64,000 nt of DNA from contig OX597817.1 of assembly GCA_951406725.2 (NCBI GenBank), positions 163,432,001 to 163,496,000 on the forward strand, in the 5' to 3' direction. Positions 52,803 through 64,000 of this stretch are shown here, piece after piece; the first letter of the stretch is position 1; each line of letters begins with the position of its first letter. The notes beneath the pieces are model-generated. The model saw only the letters and a program-made list of their open reading frames with translations. It was not told the origin of the DNA and did no database searches. Made by a program: the position numbers and the translations under genes. Source of the stretch: Octopus vulgaris. Its lineage: Eukaryota.

Positions 52803-53702
52803 TTATTAACTCCAGCTTAGTTTTCAGTCGTGCTTGTTTGTTCGTGGACAAGATATCTCAAGAACCACTGGAAGGATTGGGATGAAACTTTCAGGGATGT
52901 TTGGCCTCATGGCTGGCACGAACCGAATAGATTTTGGGATCGATCCGGTACCGGACAAGGATTCTGGATTATTTGGTATATTTACTTTACATGATTACTA
53001 TCTTACGTTAACTTTCAAGTCTTTCTCAATTATCTCCCTTTAGGCCGTCTCTAAAATTTTATTTTCGTTTCCCTATTATTAATTTTACTCGCATCTCTAT
53101 CTTAGTAGAAAGTGATGGATAAAGAAATCAAACTACATAAATGGAAGCAAAATAGTTTAGAAATTAAATAACACTCATATTTTTATAATATATATATATT
53201 GTATATTATGCATATTAAGACTTTACAGCATACTTACATTTACACATCTATACATCGATCTAAAACAATAGGAATTATAGAGGAAGGCTTGAATTTAAGA
53301 GAAGAGAAAATCGAAAGGCCTCATGCTATTCATTCAAAAATTCCCGTGAAGAACTTATTACCTTTGCCTTTGAAACTATTTTGAGTGTTGAATTTGTTAA
53401 CTCTGGCTTGTATTAGATAAGGTTAAAATATTTGTCACTGCTACTAAATTTTCTACAGCCACCTTCACATTCCATGACTACCATTGGGATCGGTCAGGTA
53501 CCGGACAAGGATTCTGGATTATTTTTCTGGATTTATTTTACTTAATTTTTGAGAGCGGTCGGGTTCATTTTTAGTATTCTCGTTTGTGAAAGCAGTCGAG
53601 TTTATTTCAGATATTCTCATTTTAAAAATCATTTCCGGCAAATCGTTGAGAGGACGTTGGTGTTGCCTTGGCGGAGGTTTGCGCTCTCTTAGTGCTCTTG
53701 TT
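52803..53702 (+). mobile_element. Second Helentron-associated element (HINE) with a large internal insertion
   Basis: Homologous to 23068-23620; the block TTGGGATCG...GGTACCGGACAAGGATTCTGGATTATTT occurs at about 52935 and 53484; ends CCTTGGCGGAGGTTTGCGCTCTCTTAGTGC. Confidence 0.7.
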
Positions 53703-53719
53703 CTTCTTATTATTATACA

Positions 53720-54150
53720 TTTAGCGGCAAGCTGGGAGTAACGTTGCCTCGCCGGACAGAATGTTTCAAGGTATTTCTTCCGGCTTCACGTTCTGAGTTC
53801 AAATTTCACCGACGTTGGCTTTGGCTTACGTCTGTTCGGGATCGATGAAATTAGTATCAGTTGAGCACTGGGGTTGACATAATCGACCTGCCTCCTCTCC
53901 CGAAATTGCTGGCCATGTGCTAAATTTTAAAACCATTATTATTATTGAGCTGGCAGAATTGTTAGCACGCCGGGCCAAATTCTTAGTAGTATTTCGTCCG
54001 TCTTATCATTCCGAGTTCAATTTCCCCCTAGGTCACCTTTGCTTTTCATCCTTTCGGGGTCGATAAGAAAAGTACCAGTCAAGTATTTTGATCGATGTAA
54101 TCGATCTAACCCCTACTCTGGAATTACTGGCCCTGTGCCAAAATTTGAAG
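53720..54150 (+). mobile_element. Two older family A SINEs in tandem
   Basis: Two heads with B-boxes and cores. Confidence 0.75.
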
Positions 54151-54157
54151 CTATTAG

Positions 54158-54317
54158 CTTATTTTGCTGGGTATGATTGAAAGTGTCAGCTGCCCACAGC
54201 CAGCAGACTAAGGTTTCACTTGTTTACTGGTCATGCTTCAAGAACCCTGCGAAGAATTCTTGCAGTTCCAAGTAATGCTGATTTTTGTAGGTGTTCAACC
54301 TTCACACTTGCATCAAT
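54158..54317 (-). mobile_element. Short 3' fragment of the R4/Dong-like family seen at 12990-13781
   Basis: DASVKVEHLQKSALLGTARILRRVLEA* plus the same 3' UTR; abuts (TTC)n(ATT)n. Confidence 0.9.
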
Positions 54318-54360
54318 TCTTCTTCTTCTTCTTCTTCTTCTTCTTCTTCTTCTTCTTCTT

Positions 54361-54453
<93 letters not shown>

Positions 54454-54949
54454 ATCATTACGTTCAAATTACCACCATGCAACCATCCTGTTCACAGTTT
54501 TATATTTTAATGATTTCTGTGTTTTGTTAATGGATCCTAAAGATATCCTAATGAAATAAATTGCTACTAAATCGAATTCTTTGACTGCTAATTGAAATCC
54601 TTAACTAAGTAAAACTGGATTTATTAGGCTGCGCCATTCATTGATCTGCTAAAAATAAATATAATTAGATATATTTAAATTGATGATTCCCATATTTCAC
54701 TTTTGTTTTTTGGTGGTATTTATCTGGTTCAACCACAAATATACGCTAAACGGCTTGCAGTTGCAAAATTGCTGATGAACTCTGTACTATATAAATCTTT
54801 GTTTACTTGACAACCCACTGTAATGTTGTCCGGATAGAAAAGATAACTGCTATAAGCGGAGTCGTTTGTGTGTTTGTATGCGTGCGCGTGTGGTTGGGTC
54901 TGAGGGGAGGAGCAGTGCCCATGTCTTTTGCAGGCGGCTCTTTGACGAG

Positions 54950-55285
54950 AGAGCTTGATGTCGTTCTTGTTTCATTTAAACTATCATAGTTTAAGCACTT
55001 GCATGAAAAATATGAGCGGGAAGAATATTTTGAGGGCCACGTGTTCAAGAGGGAAGGCTCGGACATAGTGGTTAATACGGAGTCGGGTGGGATGAGTGTG
55101 GATTAAACAAGATTGACGAGAGGTGAGAAACAGGTGGATCAGGTGGGCGTCTAACTGGTGGTGATACGAGATTAGTCAGCTCCGAGGAACAGAGGCCATT
55201 AATGTAAAGATAGAAAAGGCAGCGAAGACAGTACACCTGTGGGTTAGAAGCAGTAGTACCATTCCAGAGGTGGGAGTAGTTCACA
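54950..55285 (-). mobile_element. Degenerate jockey/I-group-like LINE C-terminal fragment
   Basis: VNYSHLWNG...CLFYLYINGLCSSELTNLVSPP resembles the EYCSHIWGG...LFYRYxxGxCSxEL..lvPP end of these LINE ORF2 proteins. Confidence 0.55.
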
Positions 55286-55463
55286 AATATATATGTATAT
55301 GTGTGCGTATACATACATACTGACATACATACATACATACATTTACATATACATATGTACTTATTTATAGATATATGTATATGTATATACATATATGTAT
55401 GTGTATATGCATAACACATGCACATACTTCTATGTGTTTTTATGTATATGTACGTATGTATAT

Positions 55464-55523
<60 letters not shown>

Positions 55524-56479
55524 TTATATATACATTTATATATATAAAGATATATTTATGTGTATGTATGTGAGAGAGAGAGTGTTAGAGTTATCGAATA
55601 ATTAAGAAAACATGCATTAATGAGCGTACACATGGACGTAAATAGATTGCTTAATGAAGGTTAATATGTAATTATCATCTCAGAGTCGAAGAAACAAGAT
55701 AACCTTCTGAAACCAAGCAAAGTTTTTTAATATTTGGGGGGTGGGGGTGGGGGTGCTGTGTTTTATTGTTTTGCTTTGTTTTGTTTGTTGCTTTAAATAG
55801 TCTCGTGAGAAGAGGATAGTCGCAGTACCCACAACTTCCTCATCTCTTCAATTTCACAAAATATTCCGTAATCGAGGTAATATTGGAAGACAGGTAACCG
55901 TTCAACATATATACCCACACTGCGTCATATTGCACCACCAAATATATACCGTACGCACATACACACACACACACATACGTAGACATACATTCATTATAAA
56001 CACACAAAACCTATGTGTGTATGAGTGTATATATACATAGATATATTTATATATAGGTATATACATCCGTATGTATGTAAATCTATACTCATATATACAT
56101 ATATGCATATACATATATATATATGTATGACTATATACAATATAGATGTATGTATACATATATGTGTATATATATATAAACAAATCTGTCGATGTGTGAG
56201 TGTGTGTGTGTGTGTATGTGTGTGTGTGTGTGCGTGTGTGTGTGTGTGTGTGTGTCTGTGTCTGTGTGTGTCACGAAGCAGAAGGAAGAAAAGAAGAGTG
56301 GTTGAATAGACGAGATAATTGGACTACCAGGTCAAGGATAGTGACCTTATATCTATTGCGGATGTTTCAACATACCCAGAAGAGGAGGATATATACATAC
56401 ATACATACATACATACATAGATATATGCATGCATACACACACACACACATACATACATACGTACATACATAAACATGCA

Positions 56480-56530
<51 letters not shown>

Positions 56531-59130
56531 ACATACACACACACGCACGCACGCACGCAAAAGATCTTATGTAATCTTGTTATAGACTCGTTCACCCCAG
56601 GGCTAGACTTGTGTTTATCCTCTTGACTATAGTTCATAATTGCCGTATAACATGTGGATCATCCATTTGGTCGCCTGATCTGCTAGAAATAACAGTAAAA
56701 GCAAATAATCTTCGAATTCCATCTGGATATCTTAGGAAGGTGTCATGTAGGTTAACATGGCGCTCAAATCCCTGTATATTGGGAAAAGACGAGGGGCTCA
56801 ATTAGGGAGTACTTTTGATCAAATATCTGCTTAATAAGAGATGACCAAGATTGTCATTTAACAACAACAACATTTTCATTTAGAAAAGCTCTCTATGTGG
56901 TCGTTTAACCTGCTCGACATGCCAGCTAAAGTTCCCTCATTTCATTCACATGACTCCTAAAGGGCATGCGTATCTGTGTATATGTGTCTCTGTGTGTTAT
57001 AACCATCCACATTTATTTTCATACAATCTACCCAGGGGTCAGCATTCACGTGCGTCCTCTGTTTTATTTATTTATTCATTTATTATCTATTTATTATCTA
57101 TTTATTTATCTATTTATTTATTATTTATTTATTTACTTATTTATCTATTTATCAAAGGCGGCAATGTATGGTTTGATGGCAACTTGACTGTCCTCTGTAG
57201 TAGGTCGATCGAAATGTCTATATCGAATATTGACATAGTCAGCCAGGTGATTACGAAACTCTCACCTTGCGGATTACAGACGTTAGTTCTTTGGTAAAAT
57301 CCACCCTTTTTACATATTGATAACAGAGTCCAAAGTAGCAAGTGATTGTTTTTTTTTGCTGTGGTAGCTGTTGTTTAACCCCTGGTCAGTCTTTAATGAA
57401 ATAAACGTATGATCAAAATTTTTAAAATATTGTAGCAATGGTCATTAAGTTTTTTACTTATGCACAGGGAGTCCAGAAAACCCATCATCCAACAAGTCTT
57501 TTACCAAAAACGGCACGATGCAAGGAGGCTTATAATCAAAGGATCGAAAACATGCCAGCATATGACCATCATTTTTTTTTACCTGTGTGCTGGGAAATCA
57601 GGAATCACAATAACCAACGCGTCCTTTATTAAGGTGTTAGAACGCGATTTGAGGACTATTTGGTTTCTATTTCTAACATAACAAACGCCCAAAGAGAGGC
57701 TTCCTCTTTGACTCGGGAGCAAGGGGTTGTTTATGTTGGTAAAATATCCATTCAGCTAAGTTCACAAAATAGAATTAATTGTTGCTGTTGTTGTTGCTTA
57801 AACCCAGGTCGGTCCTGATCGGGAAGATTTACGATGAAAGACGCTCCAACCGTGTCAATCTATATGATGAGAAGAAATTTGTAATGTTTCCGATAGATTC
57901 CTTGTCTAGAGATGAATATGAAATATACGGAAATATTCAGATTAACTGGGCGCAAACAGAAATCGCGATATGATGTATGATTGTTGTTATTGATGTTTAA
58001 TCAGTGAACATCCGTAATCGAGTAGACCAATGAACAAAAGCTTTCCAACCGTGACTATACCGTAATTTATCTTTTATTGAGACAGTGCATTTTAGAAATC
58101 CTGATGTGAATTCAAGGTATTTGGCTGTTATGTCAAGCAGGTTGAGAGATCATATAGACAGTTTTTCTCTCTGACAAGAGTGTTGTTGCTGTTGTTGCTG
58201 GTCAGTTTTGATCGAGAAGACACTTGATTAAGGGCATCCCGACCGTGACCACCTCGTCTTATTTCCTATGTGCAGGGAACCGAGAGCCATATTATATCAT
58301 GTTACCCTTTCCTAAAACGTTCAGGTGTGAATTGAAGGAATAATGGGCTGTTATTTCTTGCAAATTGAATGCCTACGAACATGGTTACCCGCGAGACATG
58401 ATGGATGGATGGACGGATAAATGAGTGGATGGATATAAAGATAGCTAGACAAAACATATAGTCTAACGGACAGACAAACATACAGACGGAGAGCTAGATG
58501 GGTGGATAGAATAACAAGACAGCACATAAACGATAACTGGCGGACAAACAGATTGACAGAGAGGCAGACGAACGGTGAGATGAGCGGATGGATAGAAATA
58601 TAGCTAGACAGAATAATATACTCTGACAGACAAACGGATCGACGGGTAGACGGGTGGATGGATAGAAGCTCATATAAGCTCTTACTATAGACGGACGAAT
58701 AGATAGGAAGACTGACACTGTGACAGACGGACCTACAGACAGGTGGGCCAAAGGAAGAATTAGTATACAATCTCAAAGATGGATAGATTTGTGGCAGTCA
58801 GACGGATAGGCAATGAGGGGACTCTACTGGATAGGCAGCTACACAGACAGACATACAAATAGGAGGACTGGTGGCCTGTAACTTTGTCAGACACATATAA
58901 GACAATCGGTGGTTATATTTAGTAGATAAATAGATTTCATAATATAATACAGTGACTAATTCGTTCTTCATTTTAGTCTTGTATTGATTGATTTTAAACT
59001 TGTTTAGTTTTATATATTTCTCGCTTATGTGTGTGTGTTCAGTGTTCGATACATTCAAATCAATCGATTTACTGTCAATCGGTTTGTTTGGTTTTGAATT
59101 CATTATGCTCTGCTTATTTCTTCATCGATT

Positions 59131-59131
<1 letters not shown>

Positions 59132-59201
<70 letters not shown>

Positions 59202-59736
59202 TATATGTGTGTGTGTTTGTGTGTGTGAGTGTGTATGTATGTATGCATGTATGTATGTATGTATTATGTATGTATGTATGTACGTTTGTATGTATGTATG
59301 TGTTTGTATGTATTATGTATGTATGTACGTTTGTATGTGTTTGTATGTATGTATGTATGTATGTATGTATGGTATGGTATGTATGTATGTATGTATGTAA
59401 GTTTGTATGTATGTATGTGTTTGTATGTATTATGTATGTATGTACTTTTGTATGTGTGTGCATGTATGTATGTATGTAAGTTTGTATGTGTGTATGTGTT
59501 TGTATGTATGTATGTATGTATGTATGTATGTATGTATGTATGTATGTATGTATGTATGTATGTATGTATGTATGTATATATGTATGTATGGTATGGTATG
59601 TATGTATGTATGTACGTGTCCATTTTCAAATCGGAAGGAATCATCATAAAATAAATACGATTTGTCTGTCAGTTTATTTACTTTCACTATCTACCACTCC
59701 CTTTTTCTGCTCCCCGTATGTGTGCGTGAGTGTGTT

Positions 59737-59815
<79 letters not shown>

Positions 59816-59914
59816 GCATCTATAAATAAATATATATATTTATATCTGCATATATCTATATAAATACATTCACATATATATGTGGATGTATATGTCTGTA
59901 TATATGCATGTTTA

Positions 59915-59983
<69 letters not shown>

Positions 59984-60180
59984 GCATATATATGCATGTT
60001 TATATATGTATGTATATATATATATATATATATGCACGTATATATATGTATGCCTGTATGTATATACAAATATATACATGTATGTATGTATGTATGCATT
60101 ATGCATGTGTGTATATATGAATGTATGTATATACATATATGTTATGTGCGTGTGTATCTGCCAATATATGCGCGCGTGTA
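59132..60180. repeat. Extended compound (CA)n/(TATG)n/(TG)n/(TA)n microsatellite field
   Basis: Visible directly; source of the many MYVC/YI/HT ORFs. Similar fields at 55285-55570, 55950-56560 and 60700-61330. Confidence 0.95.
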
Positions 60181-60826
60181 TCAGGAGCAGGTGGGAAGAA
60201 GCCACATAGATTTCTCGGGTTTCCAAACTATTGTGTTTATGAGCACAGGCATTGTAGTTGTCGCTGTCCGCCTCTGTTATAAATGTATGAGATTGTTCCA
60301 CCAATGGGAACTGACAGAGTCACATAGATGTGAACATTGCTCATTCAAACTTCCACGTGATGGTAGAGGTAAAAATTTCACCTCTGGGTTAACTTACGAA
60401 ACGTAGTGTTAAATATCTATATTTTTTCGCTTATAGGAAACTGTTTTCAAGGATCAGAGAAATCATTGGATGAGAAATCATTGGATTTCAGGAGATATAG
60501 ATGTTTTAATGATAATGATTAGATTGATTGAAAGTAAGGATTTGTATCAATGATACTTATTTTTAAATATTTTAATCGATAATTTACTACCAAAATCGAT
60601 AATTTACTACCAAATTATCCCAAATTGTATTGTAGCTCATTAGAAAGAAAAATGGAATTAGGAAGAATTCAGAAAGAAGAAACGGCGAATAGGCTAAGAA
60701 TAATATACATACATACATATATACATACATACTTACATACATACAGATGTGTTTATGCGTGTATATATATATATATATACGTATGAACGTTTACGCACAC
60801 ACACTTTATATATATATATACAAATG

Positions 60827-60868
<42 letters not shown>

Positions 60869-61138
60869 GATAGATGAATATGATTATGTTTACATATATA
60901 CACATATACATATATTTATATAAATATGTTTGTATGCGTCTGTCTTTTTCTGTCTCACTCTTTTACTCTCCCCCCCCTCTCTCTCTCTATATATATATAT
61001 ATTATATATATATACATATATGTACACACACATTTATATATATATATATATATACATACATATATATATATAGATACATATATATATGTATATGTATACA
61101 CACACATACACAAACACACAAATACACACGCACACTCT

Positions 61139-61174
<36 letters not shown>

Positions 61175-61832
61175 CATAAGCATGTACATATACAAGTACA
61201 TATATATATATGCATATAAATATTTACATATATGTGATTGTATGTATACATTCACGCACACACATGCGCGCACACACACACACACATACACACACACACA
61301 CACACATATATATATACACACACACACACACTGAAAAATAATATATTAGCGCGCAATACACAGGGGCATTTTGAAAATATGTATGAATGAGAATGAGAAT
61401 GTGAAGAAGCGAATATGAAAGAAAGAGCAAATAAGAAGAGCAGGGATGAATGAATGTAACGAAATAATTCCTTCAGCATCAGCAGGAATGATAAAGGGAG
61501 CATCAGAGTTCTTGCAGTGAGTATAAGGAGCACCAAAAATTCATAGAACTGTGATTTTGCTGCTGTTTAGAATGTAGAATTCGACAATTTTCGAATTCTT
61601 GATATTTTTAGCTTACGGAAGCGATGTCAGAAACTCTGGTCGGAAGCGCTGACAGCAGAGTAAAAATAGAAGAAAAAAAAATATATATATAAGTAAAATA
61701 AAAGCAATATATGTGTAAATTAAAATAAAAAAATAACTAGTGAAAGAGAAAGTCTGAGGTGTGAAAGACAAAAACGAAAACGAAGAAGGAAAAGAAGGAA
61801 GGAAGAAATTATAATCAAGAAGTAGGAACGGG

Positions 61833-61921
<89 letters not shown>

Positions 61922-61956
61922 ACTCGAACAACAAGAAATGAATTGACAACACTTAC

Positions 61957-62029
61957 ATGTCAACGCATGATCTGCTTCTGAGCTTCCATCAACACTGATT
62001 AAAACTGTGTTTGAGTGATGTGCAGACAT
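61957..62029 (-). CDS. First coding exon of a universal stress protein (USP/UspA-domain) gene
   Basis: Minus strand reads ATG...MSAHHSNTVLISVDGSSEADHALT plus 1 nt, then the donor GTAAGT (61956-61951). VLISVDGS..ADHAL matches the USP beta1-alpha1 motif (ILVAVDGSExSxxAL). A possible acceptor CTCACTCAG lies 8 nt upstream of the ATG. No downstream exons found in the window. Confidence 0.8.
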
Positions 62030-62356
62030 TCTTTTTACTGAGTGAGATACAGAATTATTCACAGAAAATAGGGAGGTATTATTATTAATATTATTATTAT
62101 TATTAAATAATAGTTTTTTTTTTCTTTTCTTTTCTTTTCTTTTCTTTCTTTTTTTTTTTTACCGAACACGTTCCTTTTTTTTTGTTGATGTTGTTGTTGT
62201 TGTTGTTTTTTTTTAACGAAGAAGTTACACAGTGGCGTTTCCTCGCGAATTTTTTTCACTTTTGTTAGTGATGGCGGTGATTAAATTTCAAGTAATAACA
62301 ACACAACAACAATAACTGTTCAAATCTCTTTAAAAATAAACGACTCTTCAGTAGTC

Positions 62357-62411
<55 letters not shown>

Positions 62412-63058
62412 TTGTAGCTCTTGTTGTTATTTAGGATTTTGTTGTAGGTGTTGTTTGTTATTGCCGTTTGCTGCTGCTAGAGTTGTGTTGTGCATTAGTT
62501 TTCTTCCGTGATACCTCCGTTTCTCATTGAACAATTTAGTCTTGAATTTCCTTATAGTAAAATATACGTCGAAATGTTCCTTGGTCACTTTGAATTTAAC
62601 ACCAAATATACCGAAATAATCACCGTTTTCTCAATAAATGAATGAAGCTCCGCGCGTCTAAGTGTCGTGTAAGCAGTACAATAAATATGAACACACGTGT
62701 AAAATATCTAAATAATATGTAAATAATATGTGTATATATATTGCACTACTTTTTGTGTGTGTTTGGAAGAAAAAGGATCAGCGTTAGGTATGTTAAAGTT
62801 GGTGCATGTAATAAAATGGTAGATAAAATAATAACAGTAATGAAAAGACAACACTACAAAAGCTGTGTTTGATGTGAAAAGCGGCGGCTACCTCGCTAGT
62901 TTCAGCTATAGATTGAGAGAAACTAGCAGTAACGAATAGATTACGACGAAAGAAGGCAAAACGAAAACATAATATGCAATAATCAGTGCCTGCTGGAACG
63001 GTTGTGCGCGTGTGTGGATGAGAATGAAGCTAGATACAGAGGGGAGTAGAAAGAGGAG

Positions 63059-63108
<50 letters not shown>

Positions 63109-63466
63109 ATGAGAGGGTGTTACACAGGGTGGGAGAAAGAGGAGAAATGGAGAGAGGAGGAGGAGGAGGAAGTGAGAGAAATAGAGTTACAGAGTGAGGG
63201 AGAGAGAGAGAGAGAAAGAGGAGTGTATTCTTATATACCTACCTATATACATATACATATACATATATATATGTATATGTTTGTATACACACACACATAT
63301 AAACATACACACACACATATATATATATATATGTTTAATGTTGAGTATCGGAAGAGTACTCGATACCATATTAGAGATGAGTAACATTTTTATTTTGGTT
63401 GAGTGCATTTCAAGCTGCTCCGAGTTCCGCCCGTGGAGTATACAGGGTCTTCAAGCAATCGAGAGT

Positions 63467-63513
<47 letters not shown>

Positions 63514-63575
63514 CAGAGAAAGAGAGTGTGTATGTGTGTGCGTATATGTATATGTCTACATATCTATGCATATGC

Positions 63576-63612
<37 letters not shown>

Positions 63613-63619
63613 TATATAT

Positions 63620-63800
63620 CGTTGGCGATTTTCTTTCCCGTTTTCCCTTCCTTCCCTTCCCTTTCCTTTTCTATGTTTCTAACGAAGAGCTCCGCTCGAA
63701 ACGTTAAATCCTCCTTTCTTTCCTTTCCTTACCGTCAAATAACACTATAACTTGTTCCACGTCCTCGCATTGTTGAGTTTTTATGTTTCGATTAACTATA
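63620..63800 (+). mobile_element. Penelope-like terminal remnant, paralogue of 6085-6290, hammerhead core mutated
   Basis: GTTT CTAACGA A GAGC TCC GCTC GAAA CGTT AAAT at about 63675-63709; (TA)n on both sides. Confidence 0.6.
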
Positions 63801-63838
63801 TATATATATGTATATATATACATATACGTATGTATATA

Positions 63839-63889
<51 letters not shown>

Positions 63890-64000
63890 ATATGTGAGTA
63901 TATACATATATATATGTACATATATAGACATACATAAATATATACAATCATATATACATACATATATATATATATGTGTGTGTGTGTATATACATATATA

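Noticed and set aside
57275-57345. Minus-strand open stretch ending AAG|GTGAGA (donor-like)
   Set aside because: No convincing acceptor or homology, and it lies among decayed repeats.
58988-61536. Many overlapping ORFs (MYVC, YIYI, HTHT, CVCV repeats), here and throughout the window
   Set aside because: Stop-free microsatellite frames, not genes.

Overview
Eukaryotic, AT-rich, microsatellite-saturated genomic DNA. The SINE families, (TA)n/(CA)n/(TAGA)n/(TATG)n/(AAT)n tracts and LINE remnants resemble what I know of octopus (coleoid cephalopod) genomes; this taxonomic call is an inference. It is not prokaryotic: there are no operons, CRISPR arrays, rRNA or convincing tRNA genes, and almost all ORFs in the track are microsatellite or repeat artefacts. 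The only host protein-coding sequence I can support is a 73-nt minus-strand exon (62029-61957, MSAHHSNTVLISVDGSSEADHALT followed by a GTAAGT donor) encoding the N-terminus of a universal stress protein (USP/UspA-like). I found no downstream USP exons, so most of the window may be one very large intron. The rest is a transposon graveyard: three abundant tRNA-headed SINE groups, RTE, CR1, R4/Dong-like and jockey-like LINE fragments, a decayed hAT (GTF2IRD2/Charlie-like) transposase, Tigger/mariner-type MITEs, Helitron/Helentron non-autonomous elements and Penelope-like terminal remnants. The most notable signals are RNA-structural: an apparently intact type I hammerhead ribozyme (32344-32419), several minimal hammerhead-like motifs in elements sitting in (TA)n tracts, a chimeric tRNA-promoter + hammerhead element in inverted arrangement (about 21850-22240), and fold-back SINE pairs that could be ADAR substrates. 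Most repeat boundaries were estimated by eye.
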